Made by a program: the position numbers and the translations under genes
Shown: in pieces, positions 28,455-46,093 of the stretch
Numbering within the stretch: the first letter of the stretch is position 1
Layout: the number at the start of each line of letters is the position of its first letter
The notes under the pieces: generated by a model
Told to the model about the DNA's origin: nothing
Seen by the model: only the letters and a program-made list of their open reading frames with translations
The model's database searches: none
Assembly: GCA_951406725.2 (NCBI GenBank)
Contig: OX597835.1
Location: 44,020,001-44,084,000, forward strand
Direction: 5' to 3'
Origin: Octopus vulgaris
Taxonomy: Eukaryota
Length of the DNA: 64,000 nt

Positions 28455-29029
28455 GTACATACATACGTGAGTAAGTATATATGTACATGTTTGAGTTATT
28501 CCTATATACATCGTCGAAACGTACATATATAAATTGGGAAGAAGAATGATGCGTGCATAAATACTTAAACGCATTCACGTATTTATTTGTATAAATATAT
28601 ACAAAGAAGTATAAATATATATTTTAACTCCAATTATTTTGTGCATCAGACTATTTTAGCAAATGTCTGAGTGGGCATTTCATGTAAATGTTATAGCAAA
28701 GAATGTGACTAGATTTAGTTTTCTGTGTAGATCCATCCATCCATCCATCCATCCATCCATCCATCCATCCATCCATCCATCCATACATACATCCATCCAT
28801 CCATCCATATATGACAGGTTACTGAATAGTTATTGGCTTTGTTGATATTGCGAAAGGCCTGGTAGGAGACTCAAACTCCCCAGTTCTTTTACAGGGCTTA
28901 GAAAAACTGAAGGACCACTGAAATATGTCTGTGAATCTGAGAAGGGGAATATGTTAAATTAAAACCCTATTTAATTGATCCTTCTCTATTTTCTTTTATC
29001 CAAAGCCAGGATCTTTTCATAACCCCTTC

Positions 29030-29612
29030 GTCGATATGCACTCATCAGAAAATATGATAGTGTCCCAAAATCCTAGTGGCCTCTCCACAATTTCACTGGC
29101 CCAATCTTTTCTCCGCTTGATGTTGGCTAGTCGAAGAAGTGGTTTCCTTCTTGCTGTGTTTGTGGAGATACCTGACAGCTGTTCTGGGACTGACATCAAC
29201 TTGTTCTGCTATGTCAGAGGCCTTGTAACGAGGATTATCCTTCACACTTCTCTTAACAAAGCGAAGGTTCCAGTCAGCGGGCCCTGGTTGACCTGGTAGA
29301 GGTGGTGTGGACTCCTTCCTGTGTCTGGTGAATAGCACATTCACTCCATTAACTGCAGAAAGCAGGATCCCAAGGTTTTCTGCGATTTTACGCTGGCGAA
29401 GTACACCTTCAGATTGACTCACAACGCGGCCTCTTTGAAATTCGGATTAAGTTCTAAGGACTAACTTCTAAGGCTTCTTTTGTACATGGCATAACTAACC
29501 AGCCATATATAGAAACTGAACCATAAAAATGTCAATAAATAAAAAAAATATGCCTTTTCATTTTGAAATAAACATAAAACGATGTTTTATGGCATGTATA
29601 CTTAATTATCAG
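29030..29612 (-). pseudogene. Tc1-like transposon 5' portion (HTH plus first catalytic Asp), frameshifted and truncated
   Basis: MPCTKE..EFQRGRVVSQSEGVLRQRKIAENLGILLSAVNGV..VKRSVKDNPR..SPRTAVRYLHK / ARRKPLLRLANIKRRKDWA..FWDTIIFSDE. Confidence 0.9.
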
Positions 29613-29616
29613 TATA

Positions 29617-29652
<36 letters not shown>

Positions 29653-30698
29653 TGTATGTATGTATGTATGTATGTATGTATGTATGTATGTATCTATATG
29701 TGTGTGTATGTATGTAATGCATATATATATGTAAATATATATGCATATATATCGATATATATGTATATATATATACATATATATACATACATATATATAT
29801 GTATATATATGTGTATATATGTATATGTATATGTCTATGTATAAATATTCCTTTATTTATATATATATATATAAATACCACTTCCCCTTTGTATCTGAAA
29901 TGATTTAGTGCACTTCGTTATGATGTTAGCAAATGTCTAAGTGGCAATCACTTGTACGAATGCATTTATGAATACAAACCTACTTACAGAAATAAATACA
30001 CACACACACACACACGCACACAGATACATATTGCATACATAAGAAAAACACCCAAAACATATGTACTTATGTACGACAGCTCGTAGAAAACTGTAAGTAG
30101 AATATATGTCACCTCTACACGATCAATATTTCAAAGTTTCCGTCTGATTCATTGTCATCTATTTAATTATTTATCTATGAATCACGTCAATTATTTATGG
30201 TTCCATGTAAAACAACTTTTACTTTAGATCAATAAGGTATAAGACACCCAAATCAATACCAAATCAAACAACATTTATTTAAAAATTAAGTTAGTACACC
30301 AATATAGCTATACTGCAAAGTGTGCACATGCGCTATGCAGACCCATGTGTTTGTATATGAATGTTTACATGTATACAAACGATCATACTACTTAAGCTTG
30401 AACCAAAGTTCTCCTCGTGTGTTGCCACACTTCAAGGTGAAACGGCTGTTGTATGTTCTGTAGGAAAATATCTACATTTACTTTCTATATTATGTATTGG
30501 TAACGAAGACTAACAGTTAGTGTGTTGCACTCCGGACCACGAGATCGTACATTAGATTTCCGGACCGGAAAGTTCGTTTATTTCACATTGTTCCAGCTTC
30601 AGGTTACTCACCTCTACATGAGTAACTCTGTAACAAACTGGGGCATGTTTAATGGGAGATATTGTGATTTCGCACATGGAGACCTATGTAAATATATA

Positions 30699-31106
30699 GG
30701 CACAGGGATGGCTGTGTGGTACGTAGCCTGTCTACCAACCACATGGTTCCGGGTTCAGTCCCACTGCGTGGCACCTTGGGCAAGTGTCTTCTACTATAGC
30801 CTCGGGCCGACCAAAGCCTTGTGAGGGGATTTGGTAGACGGAAACTGAAAGAAGCCCGTCGTATATATGTATATGTATATGTATGCGTATGTGTGTTTGT
30901 GTGTCTGTGTTTGTCCCTCTAGCATTGGTTGACAACCGATGCTGGTGTGTTTATGGCCCCGTCACTTAGCGGTTCTGCAAAACAGACCGAAAGAATAAGT
31001 ACTGGGCTTACAAAAGAACAAGTTCCGGGGTCGAGTTGCTCGATTAAAGGCGGTGCTCCAGCATGGCCGCAGTCAAATGACTGAAACAAGTAAAAGAGTA
31101 AAAGAG
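30699..31106 (+). mobile_element. SINE family B, full length
   Basis: Closely matches 23470-23960; B-box-like GGTTCAGTCCC. Confidence 0.93.
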
Positions 31107-31261
31107 TATATATATATATATATATATATATATGTTCAAAAATATATACATACAAATTCATACATACCCACGCACACACACACACACACATACATGCACA
31201 CACAAATACACAGACACACAAATACATATACATGCATGTATATATGTATATATATATGTAT

Positions 31262-31559
<298 letters not shown>

Positions 31560-31629
31560 TATATATACATATATCATGTAGGTATATACATATATGTATG
31601 TATGTATGCATATGTTTTATTTGTTAAAT

Positions 31630-31664
<35 letters not shown>

Positions 31665-31750
31665 CATGTACATAGAGGTATACGTGTATATGTACATGTA
31701 TAGGTACGTACATATATGTTTATATATATGCATATGTTTTATTTCATTTA

Positions 31751-31795
<45 letters not shown>

Positions 31796-31864
31796 ATATG
31801 TATATATGTATATATAAACATTCGTAGAAATTACTGCATGTTTGTGTTTGTAATGGTATGTATA

Positions 31865-32410
31865 GAGCGAAAGACACGAATGGTGGACACCATTCGGATA
31901 TCAAAGTGGATTATAATGAATATAAATCAGAAAAGAAAAGATAGAAGTCGAGACAGAATACATTATAGAGATTCATTGGAAGATGGGAGACATGGTAATT
32001 AAGGAACAGCAGGGGGGTCCTTCGTTGACAATAAGTGGAAGATTAAGTAGCAGACTTCACAGGAGAGGAAATGTAGGTCGTTTGGAAGATGAGAGACTAG
32101 GAATAAGTTTTATCAAGTGAGGAAAAGTTGCGGTTTGGTCGAACGAAAGAGATTTAAGGAGTGAAACTGAACTGAATAACTGATCATTGTTGGGTAAGGA
32201 CGTGAGAGTAGAAGAAAGTTTGTGAAAACGAAAGTAGATTGAAGATGTTGTATAAATGGTAAAGTAAAAGAATCTGATAATCATATGTTTGCTTCTGTTG
32301 CTGTAACTTCGTCTCAAATAAGAGAAGATGGAATGGGGAGATGACCAGCGATACCAAAACCAACCATAATCATACAGTTCAAGAAATACCGTAGGCTTAA
32401 CTAAATAATA
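31865..32410 (-). pseudogene. Possible very old LINE ORF2 fragment (CR1/Jockey group)
   Basis: S/L/P-rich minus-strand reading with a YPNG-like (GPDG-like) remnant; weak. Confidence 0.25.
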
Positions 32411-32459
32411 ATCCAATGCGGTTTTATAATTTAGAAGATTATGAATGAATAAATATAAT

Positions 32460-32650
32460 TTCTTCCGATTTCAGCACAGGACCAGCAATTTGGAGAGAAA
32501 TGAGCAAGTCGTTTACATCGACCCCAGTGGCAAAAATAGTTCTTCGACTCCAGAAGAATGAAAGACATAATCAATTGAGACGGCATTTGAACGTAAAGTG
32601 GTGGAAGACTTCACGCTATTTTTTTCGGCACGATAACGACACAGCCGTCC
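32460..32650 (-). mobile_element. Decayed SINE family A
   Basis: gcacaggaccagcaattt tail; ttacatcgaccccagtg; cggcatttgaac. Confidence 0.65.
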
Positions 32651-33147
32651 CGCAGAATTTCAGTGAATACATGTAAAATAGCAATTCGTGCATGATACTT
32701 AAAGCATATATATCATTCAAAGCCTAATTAACTTCGGTCCTTAAACTTAACTTTGTCTTTATACGAACTTCACACTGCATCTTTCGGGCCATTTGCATTA
32801 GTATTGAAAATATATTTCTGTACTTCAAGCATCCGATATATAGTAACTGGGTGTTATTTCTAGCAGACGAGCGACTACATAGAGCTCGTTTATCCGCTGG
32901 TCAATTAGTGTGTGAGGATTTGAAGTTGCCACAGTCAATGTATAAGGTGCGGTGTGAAAGGTGCGGTGTGAAGGCATGGGTGGGTTGAAGGCATGGGTGG
33001 GTTGAAGATTCAAAATCGATGAGAAACGAAACTGGTGACAATAATAATCAGAAAGTTTGATTGAAAATAACTGCTGCAAAGTAAGAAGAGAGAATTCAGC
33101 TTTTTCTGCTCATATGCGAAAAGATAATGGAGACAATAAGTATGTAC

Positions 33148-33214
<67 letters not shown>

Positions 33215-33342
33215 CATACATGCATACATACATACATATATACATGCATACATACATACATGCATGCATGCATACATACATAATACATACATACACACAC
33301 ATATATGTATATATATATATATTTCTCTGTATGTGTATATAT

Positions 33343-33375
<33 letters not shown>

Positions 33376-33665
33376 TATACATGAATATATACACACACAT
33401 GTATATATATATACATATATATATATAAATATATACACACACATATATATGTATTTATGTATATGTACATATACACACATACTTATATATATGTATGTAT
33501 ATATAGCTATTTATGTATATACACATGTATATATGTATATATATGTATATATATGTATATATGCATCTATATGTATATATATATTCCTATACGTATATAT
33601 AAGTGTGTATGTGTATATGAATATATATATATATATATATATGTACGTGTGTATGTGTGGGAAAA

Positions 33666-33700
<35 letters not shown>

Positions 33701-33830
33701 GCGCATATATATCATCCCTATCAGATGCATGTTTTGATCAGAGATATCCTCTGTACACCAAATCGCTTTAGTTTTGTTGCAAGTGAAAGAGAAAAACGCG
33801 AGAATAATTTTTGTTTGGACTTGGTTGCAG

Positions 33831-33983
33831 AATCGAGGAAAATCGAAGAAAATTCTGGGTGATGCAAATAGAAATTATATCTCAGTTGCCGGTGGAGCGT
33901 TGGGACCAGCATCACCGTCCCCCACTACCAACAACAATAACAGCAACAACAATGATAGCAACGAAAGAAAAAGAAAATACTGA
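33831..33983 (+). CDS. Candidate terminal coding exon (unverified)
   Basis: Acceptor tttttgtttggacttggttgcag|; phase-0 reading NRGKSKKILGDANRNYISVAGGALGPASPSPTTNNNNSNNNDSNERKRKY*; AATAAA at 34000 and 34037; non-repeat sequence; no recognised homologue. Confidence 0.2.
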   Translation, partial: NRGKSKKILGDANRNYISVAGGALGPASPSPTTNNNNSNNNDSNERKRKY

Positions 33984-34117
33984 GAGACACCGAAACAGCA
34001 ATAAATTCTTCGCAGAGTCTTTGACAGTCTGTTGTCAATAAATCCCAAGGCATGTCTCTGATGACATGATAAACGTTGAAATTTGAAACGGTAATAATAA
34101 TAATGATGATGATGATG

Positions 34118-34178
<61 letters not shown>

Positions 34179-34253
34179 TAATAATGATAATAATGACGAT
34201 AGTAATAATGACAATGGCGGGATAATAATCACAACGATAAAAATAGTGCTGGT

Positions 34254-34373
<120 letters not shown>

Positions 34374-34374
34374 T

Positions 34375-34738
34375 TTCAAATTTTTGCCACAAGGGTACAT
34401 TGGGGGAGATGGGGATGAGTCTATTACATCGACCCCAGTGTTCAACTGGTACTTATTTTATCGACTCAGAAAGGATGACAGGCAAAGTCGACCTCGACTC
34501 AGAATGTAGCAACGGGCAAAATACCCATTTCTTTGCTATCCACAAGGGGCTAAACACAGAGGTGACAAACAAGGACAGACAACCGGATTAAGTCGATTAT
34601 ATCGATCCCAGTGCGTAACTGGTACTTATTTAATCGACCCCGAAAGGATGAAAGGCAAAGTCGACCTCGGCGGAATTTGAACTCAGAACGTGATGGCAGA
34701 CGAAATACGGCTACGCATTTTTGCCAGCTCGCCGCCTT
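34375..34738 (-). mobile_element. SINE family A dimer (short-tail unit plus long-tail unit lacking the B box)
   Basis: Head aaggcggcgagctggc at ~34738; junction aaagaaatgg|gtatttt near 34525. Confidence 0.9.
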
Positions 34739-34742
34739 ATAT

Positions 34743-34785
<43 letters not shown>

Positions 34786-34851
34786 TTAATAATAATAATA
34801 ATAATATTAATAATAATAATGATAATGATGATGATGATGATGATGATGATG

Positions 34852-34891
<40 letters not shown>

Positions 34892-35337
34892 TAATAATAA
34901 TAATAATAATAATAATAATTGGGATGTTGATGGCACTAATCAATGCTCTCAATCACAGTCCTTGATTGGTACTTTATTTCATCGGTCACGAAACGACGAA
35001 AAATAAATTTGACCTCGATGGGATTTGAACTCAGAACCTAAGAATCCTGAACAGTACCTGTAGGTAATTTATCCCACCATGCTCTAATGATTCCACCAAT
35101 GCATTGCCACAAAATATGAATTCCAACAGCCGATAATACACTTCCGAAAAGAAATGGCGAAGTTATTCATATAGAAAGATTTGCCAATGACGATAAATCG
35201 TTACGCATCGAGAAAAAAATAGATAATAATAATAATTATAATGTCATGTGATTTATGATTGGTTAAAGTGACGCAGAGAAATGCGTAGCCTAAACACTAA
35301 CTCTTACACCTGGACTCAAAACAATGTTAATGACATT

Positions 35338-35695
35338 GGAAGCACTCCGTCGGTAACGACGATGAGGGTTCCAGTTGATCCAAATCAACGGAACAGCCTA
35401 CTCGTGAAATTAACGTGTAAGTGGCTGAGCACTCCACAGACACGTGCACCCTTAACGTAGTTCTCGGGGATATTCAGCGTAACAAGGCCGGCCCCTTGAA
35501 ATACAAGGTAAACAGAAACAGGAAGTAAGAGTGAGAGAAAGTTGTGGTGAAAGAGTTCAGCAGGGATCACCACCATCCCCTGCCGGAGCCTCGTGGAGCT
35601 TTTAGATGTTTTCGCTGAATAAACACTCACAACGCCCGGTCTGAGAATCGAAACCGCGATCCTATGACCGCGAGTCCGCTGCCCTAATACTGGAC
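35338..35695 (-). mobile_element. SINE family C, near full length
   Basis: Minus strand tRNA-like head ttagggcagcggactcgcggtcataggatcgcGGTTTCGATTCtcagacc (B box); distinct body and tail ending cgacggagtgcttcca. Confidence 0.85.
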
Positions 35696-35811
35696 ATTAC
35701 GAGGTGTTGCACAGGTGTAATATAATGTTCGGAAGAAAGTTCTGTCATGTTTCAAAATGGGAAAGAAACAAATGCATCTTTGAGTTTAATTCATAATATT
35801 TCCTTTCATTT

Positions 35812-36078
35812 CTGGTTTTACATTTTGGCACAAGGCCAGCAATTCGGGGGGGGGGGGATTTGGTGAAGTCGATTAATTGACGCCTGTGTTCAACTGGGAC
35901 TTATTTTATCAATCTCGGAAGAACAAAAGGCGAAGTCAACCTCAGTGGAATTTGAATTCAAAACGTAAAGATGAACTATATGCCGCAACTCATCTTGCCC
36001 GGTGTTGCTAACGATCCTGTTTATTCGCTGTTAGTAAGGATGATAATAATAATAATAATGATGATGATGATGATGATG

Positions 36079-36130
<52 letters not shown>

Positions 36131-36350
36131 TAATAATAATAATAATATTGATTTCAAATTTTGGTACAAGGCCAGCAATTTGTAGGGACGGGGTCAGATC
36201 GATTATGTCGATCCCAGATTCAACTGGTACTTTTTTTTATCGATCACGGAAAGAAGGACGCAAAGTCGATCTGGGTGGCATTTGAACTGAGATTGTAAAG
36301 ACAAAGCAAAGCCATTTTGCCAGGTCTGCAACCGGTTCTGTTAATTCGCC
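35812..36350 (-). mobile_element. Two SINE family A copies (35812-36030, 36150-36350) separated by (AAT)n
   Basis: ttttgg(c/t)acaaggccagcaatt tails, caactgg.actt cores, atttgaa B-box region. Confidence 0.8.
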
Positions 36351-36354
36351 GATT

Positions 36355-36620
36355 AGTTTTACGCTCATTATTGATTACATAATCCCACATATTTGGCAAA
36401 TTGTTGATCTCCCGGGCATAAAATTCTTCAGGTTTCGAATATCATTTCTGGTTTCTTCACAAGAAGTCGCCCGGATCGAGAAGAATCTGCGAGAGAAAAT
36501 TTTCCTACACGAAAATGATCAAACTATTGTTGACTTGTTAGCATACCTAAATAATCATTTCCACAGAAAATACGAATATTTCGTGCCGCTTCCGATGCTG
36601 AAAAACCTTTTTCAATCCAT
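36355..36620 (-). pseudogene. Internally deleted mariner transposase remnant
   Basis: Minus strand YSKPEEFYAREINNLPNMWDYVINNE is a mariner C-terminus; upstream RHEIFVF and GDF-like N-terminal remnants. Confidence 0.65.
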
Positions 36621-37468
36621 GCAACATGCAATGTCGGATAGGGGTCTGAGTCAGGTTCACTTTAAAAAATTTATATCGATATGAATTTAGCCCCTATGGA
36701 ATAATGTAATCTCTAAACAAAGCATAAAACACATTAAAATGTAAAAAAAAATAATGCTAATTTTACCTAAGTATTGAAAAAAGACCCCTCAAAGTGATTA
36801 CGACAAAAATGTGACAGGATTTTCCAATACAACACAAGTTGCAGATCCATCACAGATCACGGTAGAAAATCAACGTTGACAAGTGTTGTGATCGGTCGTG
36901 CTGTGAAGCTACGTAACGGAAAATAGGACCAGTATACAAACAATAATGCATAAAATACTGTTTTGTCTCAGATGTGACCCGATGTTCTAATCACATTCAC
37001 CTGGAATTCGTTAATTTCATAATGACTAAAGTAACACACAACATGTACGAGAACACGAGCGTAAACTTAAAAACAAAATCAGAATATATTCACACAAACG
37101 TTGTCTGATTTCTTTCTCGCTAAACCAGAGGATTGTGTTTTTTTTTTTTATCTCTTCATCTTTGTAAAAGTAAACTAAAGTGATTGGAAAACAAATCAAC
37201 AATAATGCAAGAAAAATAATCAACAATGATTAAAAAAAAAATGTATATTTGTTGAATTATATAATGAAAAAATAAAAAATGCTTGCTTCTTCTAATTGTA
37301 ATTTTTAATTCATAATACAATTCTTTTATCATAATTTTCGTTCGTGCTGCATTTATTTGCAGATGAATTATTATAATTATTATTGTTGCTGTTTTATCAT
37401 TATCATCATCAAAACCAGCACCAGCACCAGCACCACCAGCACCAGCACCAGCACCAGCACCATACCAC

Positions 37469-41370
<3,902 letters not shown>

Positions 41371-42370
41371 GTTGTTGTTGTTGTTGTTGTTGTTGTTATT
41401 ATTATTGTTGCTGTCGTCGTTATTAATGCTGTTGTTGCTGTTGTTATTGTTGATATCGCCGTTATTGTTGTTGTTGTTGTAATTGTTATTGTTGCTGGTT
41501 AAATCTGGATGTTGCTGTTTCGAGTGCTTTCATCTTGGCGGTTGTCTTTGTGCTACCGTTGATGGTTTTAGCTGATATTCTTGTTACATGTCATTCTTCT
41601 TCTTGTTGTTGCTTTGATTATATTTGTAAATTATTTTGACTAAGGAGAACAATGACGAGAAAAATAATCACAAAATAAATAGAAAAAAAATAAACATACA
41701 TATATACACGAAAAAAAACATAGAAAACTAAAGAAAACAGTAAACACGGTAGTAGAAAACATTCTAAAAAAACATACAAACAAAAATATAAATAAACAAT
41801 AATACAACAGCTAAATAAAAAAAAGTAACAAAAAACGGAAGAATGGTAAAAAAGAAACGCACAAAATGTATAAAATAAATTACATAAAAACAAGAAAAAG
41901 AATAAAATAAAATAGCTTCTAATAAGGAATTTTGTCATTTGTTAATATTTATTTGGGATATGTTAGAATTTCTGTCAGTTTTGCTCTCGTTTCGGTTAAT
42001 ATCATTGACATCTAATTGACATCTGCATATTATCTAAGCCATCTCGCCACAGGGGTTAAGAAATAAATAAATAAATAAATAAATATATAAATAAATAAAT
42101 AAATATATAAAATGAACGAATGGAAAAAATGATTGAGAAACCGAGGGAATGAATGAAGGAAATCAAAATGAAAGATAGAAGGATATGAGAAAGAATAGAA
42201 AAGCAAAATGAGAAATATATGATGTGGAATTATGAAAATGTGGCCAAACGTTGCCTTGGAATTCTCTCTCTTCTCTCTCTCTCTCTCTCTCTTTCTTTGT
42301 TTCTTTGTTTGCTTCTTTCTTTCTCTCCATTATTTGTTTATTTTTCCCTCTTGTTACTAAACAAAATATT

Positions 42371-42737
42371 TACATACATACATACATAAATACATACATA
42401 CATACATACGTACGTACATACATACATACATACATACATACATACATACATACATACATACATACATACATACATACATACATACATACATACATACATA
42501 CATACATACATACATACATAAATACATACATACATACATAAATACATACATACATACATACATACATACATACATACATACATACATACATACATACATA
42601 CATGCATACATACATACATAAATACATACATACATACATACATACATCATACATACATGCATACATACATACATACATACATATATACATACATACATAC
42701 ATACATACATACATACATACATACATACATACATACA

Positions 42738-42771
<34 letters not shown>

Positions 42772-42785
42772 CATACATACATACG
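42371..42785. repeat. (TACA)n microsatellite
   Basis: Directly visible. Confidence 0.97.
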
Positions 42786-43068
42786 AACATGTCTAGATAT
42801 GCAACTGTATGCGTGAGAATACATGTATGAAATAAAGCATGCAGACCTGCACGTATACATACGTTTCGTATACATTCGATCCTTTTTCCAAGAAATCTAA
42901 TGCTCGTAGCTTAGTTTTTCCTTGGGGCTGGCCAGATCGGAGCAATCTCAAGATTAATCAGCCGAAATTGTGAGGATGATCCGGTTGTGAGGAAGATTAG
43001 AGGCTTCGAATGACCCGTCCGTTTTTTGTATCATCTATTTGAATGTTTTCCGTTCTTGTCCCATTTTG

Positions 43069-43120
<52 letters not shown>

Positions 43121-44165
43121 AAATATTTGTTGTGCAAGATTTTTTATGTGAAGTCGTGTGTTGAAACAGATATTGTTATATTTCGGAAAGAACTCTGGCC
43201 GAAATAAGATTAAGATTAATGTAAAAAATAAATATCACTGAAGCAAAATAACACCAAATATATAGTGCGTGTGTTTTTATTGGCTAAACTGGCAATATGA
43301 CCATTCCGAAATATAACAATATATATATATACATACACACATACAAAAATACCTTGTTGTTGATGTTGAAATTCTAATGAAGGTACCTTGCTGACCAAAC
43401 ATTGATTAATAACGCAAGTTCGTTTATTAAAAAATACAAGCCATCGCTGAACAGACTATAAAACATCAGCAATACACGATTCTCCTATTCTTTTGAAATA
43501 AATATTGTTGAACGTCTACTTTGGTTTCTTCTTATTAAGAAAACTAAAATACATGTAGCAGCTATCATTCATCTTATTTACTCCACACCTCGTTATCTTA
43601 CTTAACTCACACCTTGATAACAAAGAGGAGATATGTTTAAGATGTTGAATGGGAGGACGTTGCACGAATTATTAACATTAGTCTTAGACAGAACAATAAA
43701 CAATAATCATGTATAATCCTTTTACGTAAACAATTATTCTATCCCTTATTCATATCTCTCTTTTGTAACTGTCATATGACATAATCAATGAACGAATGGT
43801 TTTATGTTATTTTCTTGCGGGACCCACCGCATGAGCTTCGTGCAGAAACAGAGACCAATCAATTTTGTATGTTAACGGGTAGCGTTCTAAGCTGCATACC
43901 TATTTTGAAAACAAACCATTCTTATAGACATAATTTGCGACACAGCACCAAATTCCATAGACTTTTGAAAAACTAATGTAAAACCGGTAAAATGTATCCC
44001 TATATTTTGAAATATATTCTAATTAATTCTAATATATTCTCTGTGCATTTTCAGTTTCATTGCTTCTATTCATCCACTTGTTTGGATTAATAGCAATTAC
44101 TCTGTCTTACTCTCTTTCTCCCCTCTCCTTCTCTCTCTCTCTCTATATAAATATATATGAAAATA

Positions 44166-44407
<242 letters not shown>

Positions 44408-44761
44408 TGCCTCTAAACTTAGGCACATATACATGTACAAAATAAAAGAAAGGCAATTTTTAAAAAATATTCAAGAACATATGGTGGAGGAGAGATATTT
44501 ATTTATTCGGATAGTGGCACTTACAAGGCTAGTCATATTTCGAAAATCAAAAGAAACACAGACGTGAATGTATTTATATAAGTAAACATACACAAACACC
44601 AGCACACAAATACACATATGGCCCTAACCACACAAACACCACTACACACACGGACATGTATACACAGGCGGTTATTTATACATATACATACATATAATTA
44701 AGGATACAATTTAAAAAATTTATCAATGGCCAGCATATAATAGACCTGTTTAGATACATTC

Positions 44762-44861
<100 letters not shown>

Positions 44862-45047
44862 TAAGTAATTAAGGGTTTAGCAACGAATTGCCTCACCACA
44901 CACCGAATTTAGAAATAGCAGTCAAAGAGTTATAGCTATTATTTCTACTAAAAGGGAGATCTCAGTAAAAACACAGCACTTCAAAGGCAAACACAGACAG
45001 GTAAGAGAGAATGAAATGACGGCAATCTATCATACAATTTTAAGTCA

Positions 45048-45096
<49 letters not shown>

Positions 45097-45250
45097 ATAA
45101 TTATAACAAAGAGGGTCTTTGCAACAAGTTGCTAGACCACATACCGAAAGTATTAGAAATGGCAGCCTGTTATTTAAAAGACTGTTATTTCTTTTACTAC
45201 AAAAATATATCTCCACAGACAACAGTATTTGCAACTCACTATGTGGCAAA

Positions 45251-45741
45251 AAAAGAAGAAAAATAATGAAATCAAACAGTCCACGGTCAATTATGGACGT
45301 ACGTTTCTGGATTAGAATCAAAGATTCATTTCCTTCATCAACATAATATTCCGGTACATAAATCTAGAAATGCTAGGAAATCTTACCCTCCATATTTCTC
45401 AACAGGCGACATCGGGGCATACAGAAGCTAATGAGCATATTCACATATCTACGACAGAACTACGAATTTATTTTCGGCAGTATTATTTGTAACTCACGTG
45501 TGAAAAAAATTCTGGAGGGAGATACGAATTCACTTGTCTATATAAATGTGGATATGCTGATTAGCTTCTGTATGCCCCGATGTCGCCTGGTCGGAAATAT
45601 GGAGGGTAAGATTTCCTAGCATTTCTAGATTTATGTACCGGAATATTATGTTGATAAAGGAAATGAATCTTTGATTCTAATCCAGAAACGTACGTCCATA
45701 ATTGACCGTGGACTGTTTGATTTCGTTATTTTTCTTCTTTT
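45251..45741. mobile_element. ~490-bp fold-back element (arms ~205 bp, spacer ~80 bp)
   Basis: 45251-45456 is the near-perfect reverse complement of 45535-45741. Confidence 0.9.
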
Positions 45742-45803
45742 ACTTGGTGAAATTTGTTGATTTTATTAAATTAATTATATTTCACCCTTTATCTGTATAT
45801 ATG

Positions 45804-45834
<31 letters not shown>

Positions 45835-45936
45835 ATATAGATTATACACTAACTTATGTGTGGCATGCTAATTTATTTCATATTCGAAGAAAGACATTTG
45901 TTTAAACTTTGTGTTTGTGTGTAATAATAACAATAA

Positions 45937-46093
45937 TTTCAAATTTTTGCCACAAGGGTACCTTGGGGGATTTAGAAATGAGTCGATTACATCGACCCCA
46001 GTGTTCAACTGGTACTTATTTTATCGATTCCGAAAGAATGAAAGGCAAAGTCGATCTCGACTCAGAATGTAGTAATGGCGAAATACCGTTAAG
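45937..46093 (-). mobile_element. SINE family A long-tail unit with 11-bp B-box deletion
   Basis: Same deletion and tail (cacaagggtac.ttggggga) as 34375-34525. Confidence 0.85.

Noticed and set aside
36850-36910. Possible pre-miRNA hairpin (gatcacggta...tgttgtgatc)
   Set aside because: Stem is short, G-U rich and has large internal loops; no match to miRNAs I recognise
41618-41938. 106-aa hydrophobic 'membrane protein' ORF
   Set aside because: Reverse of an A-rich low-complexity tract; the F/L/Y bias is compositional
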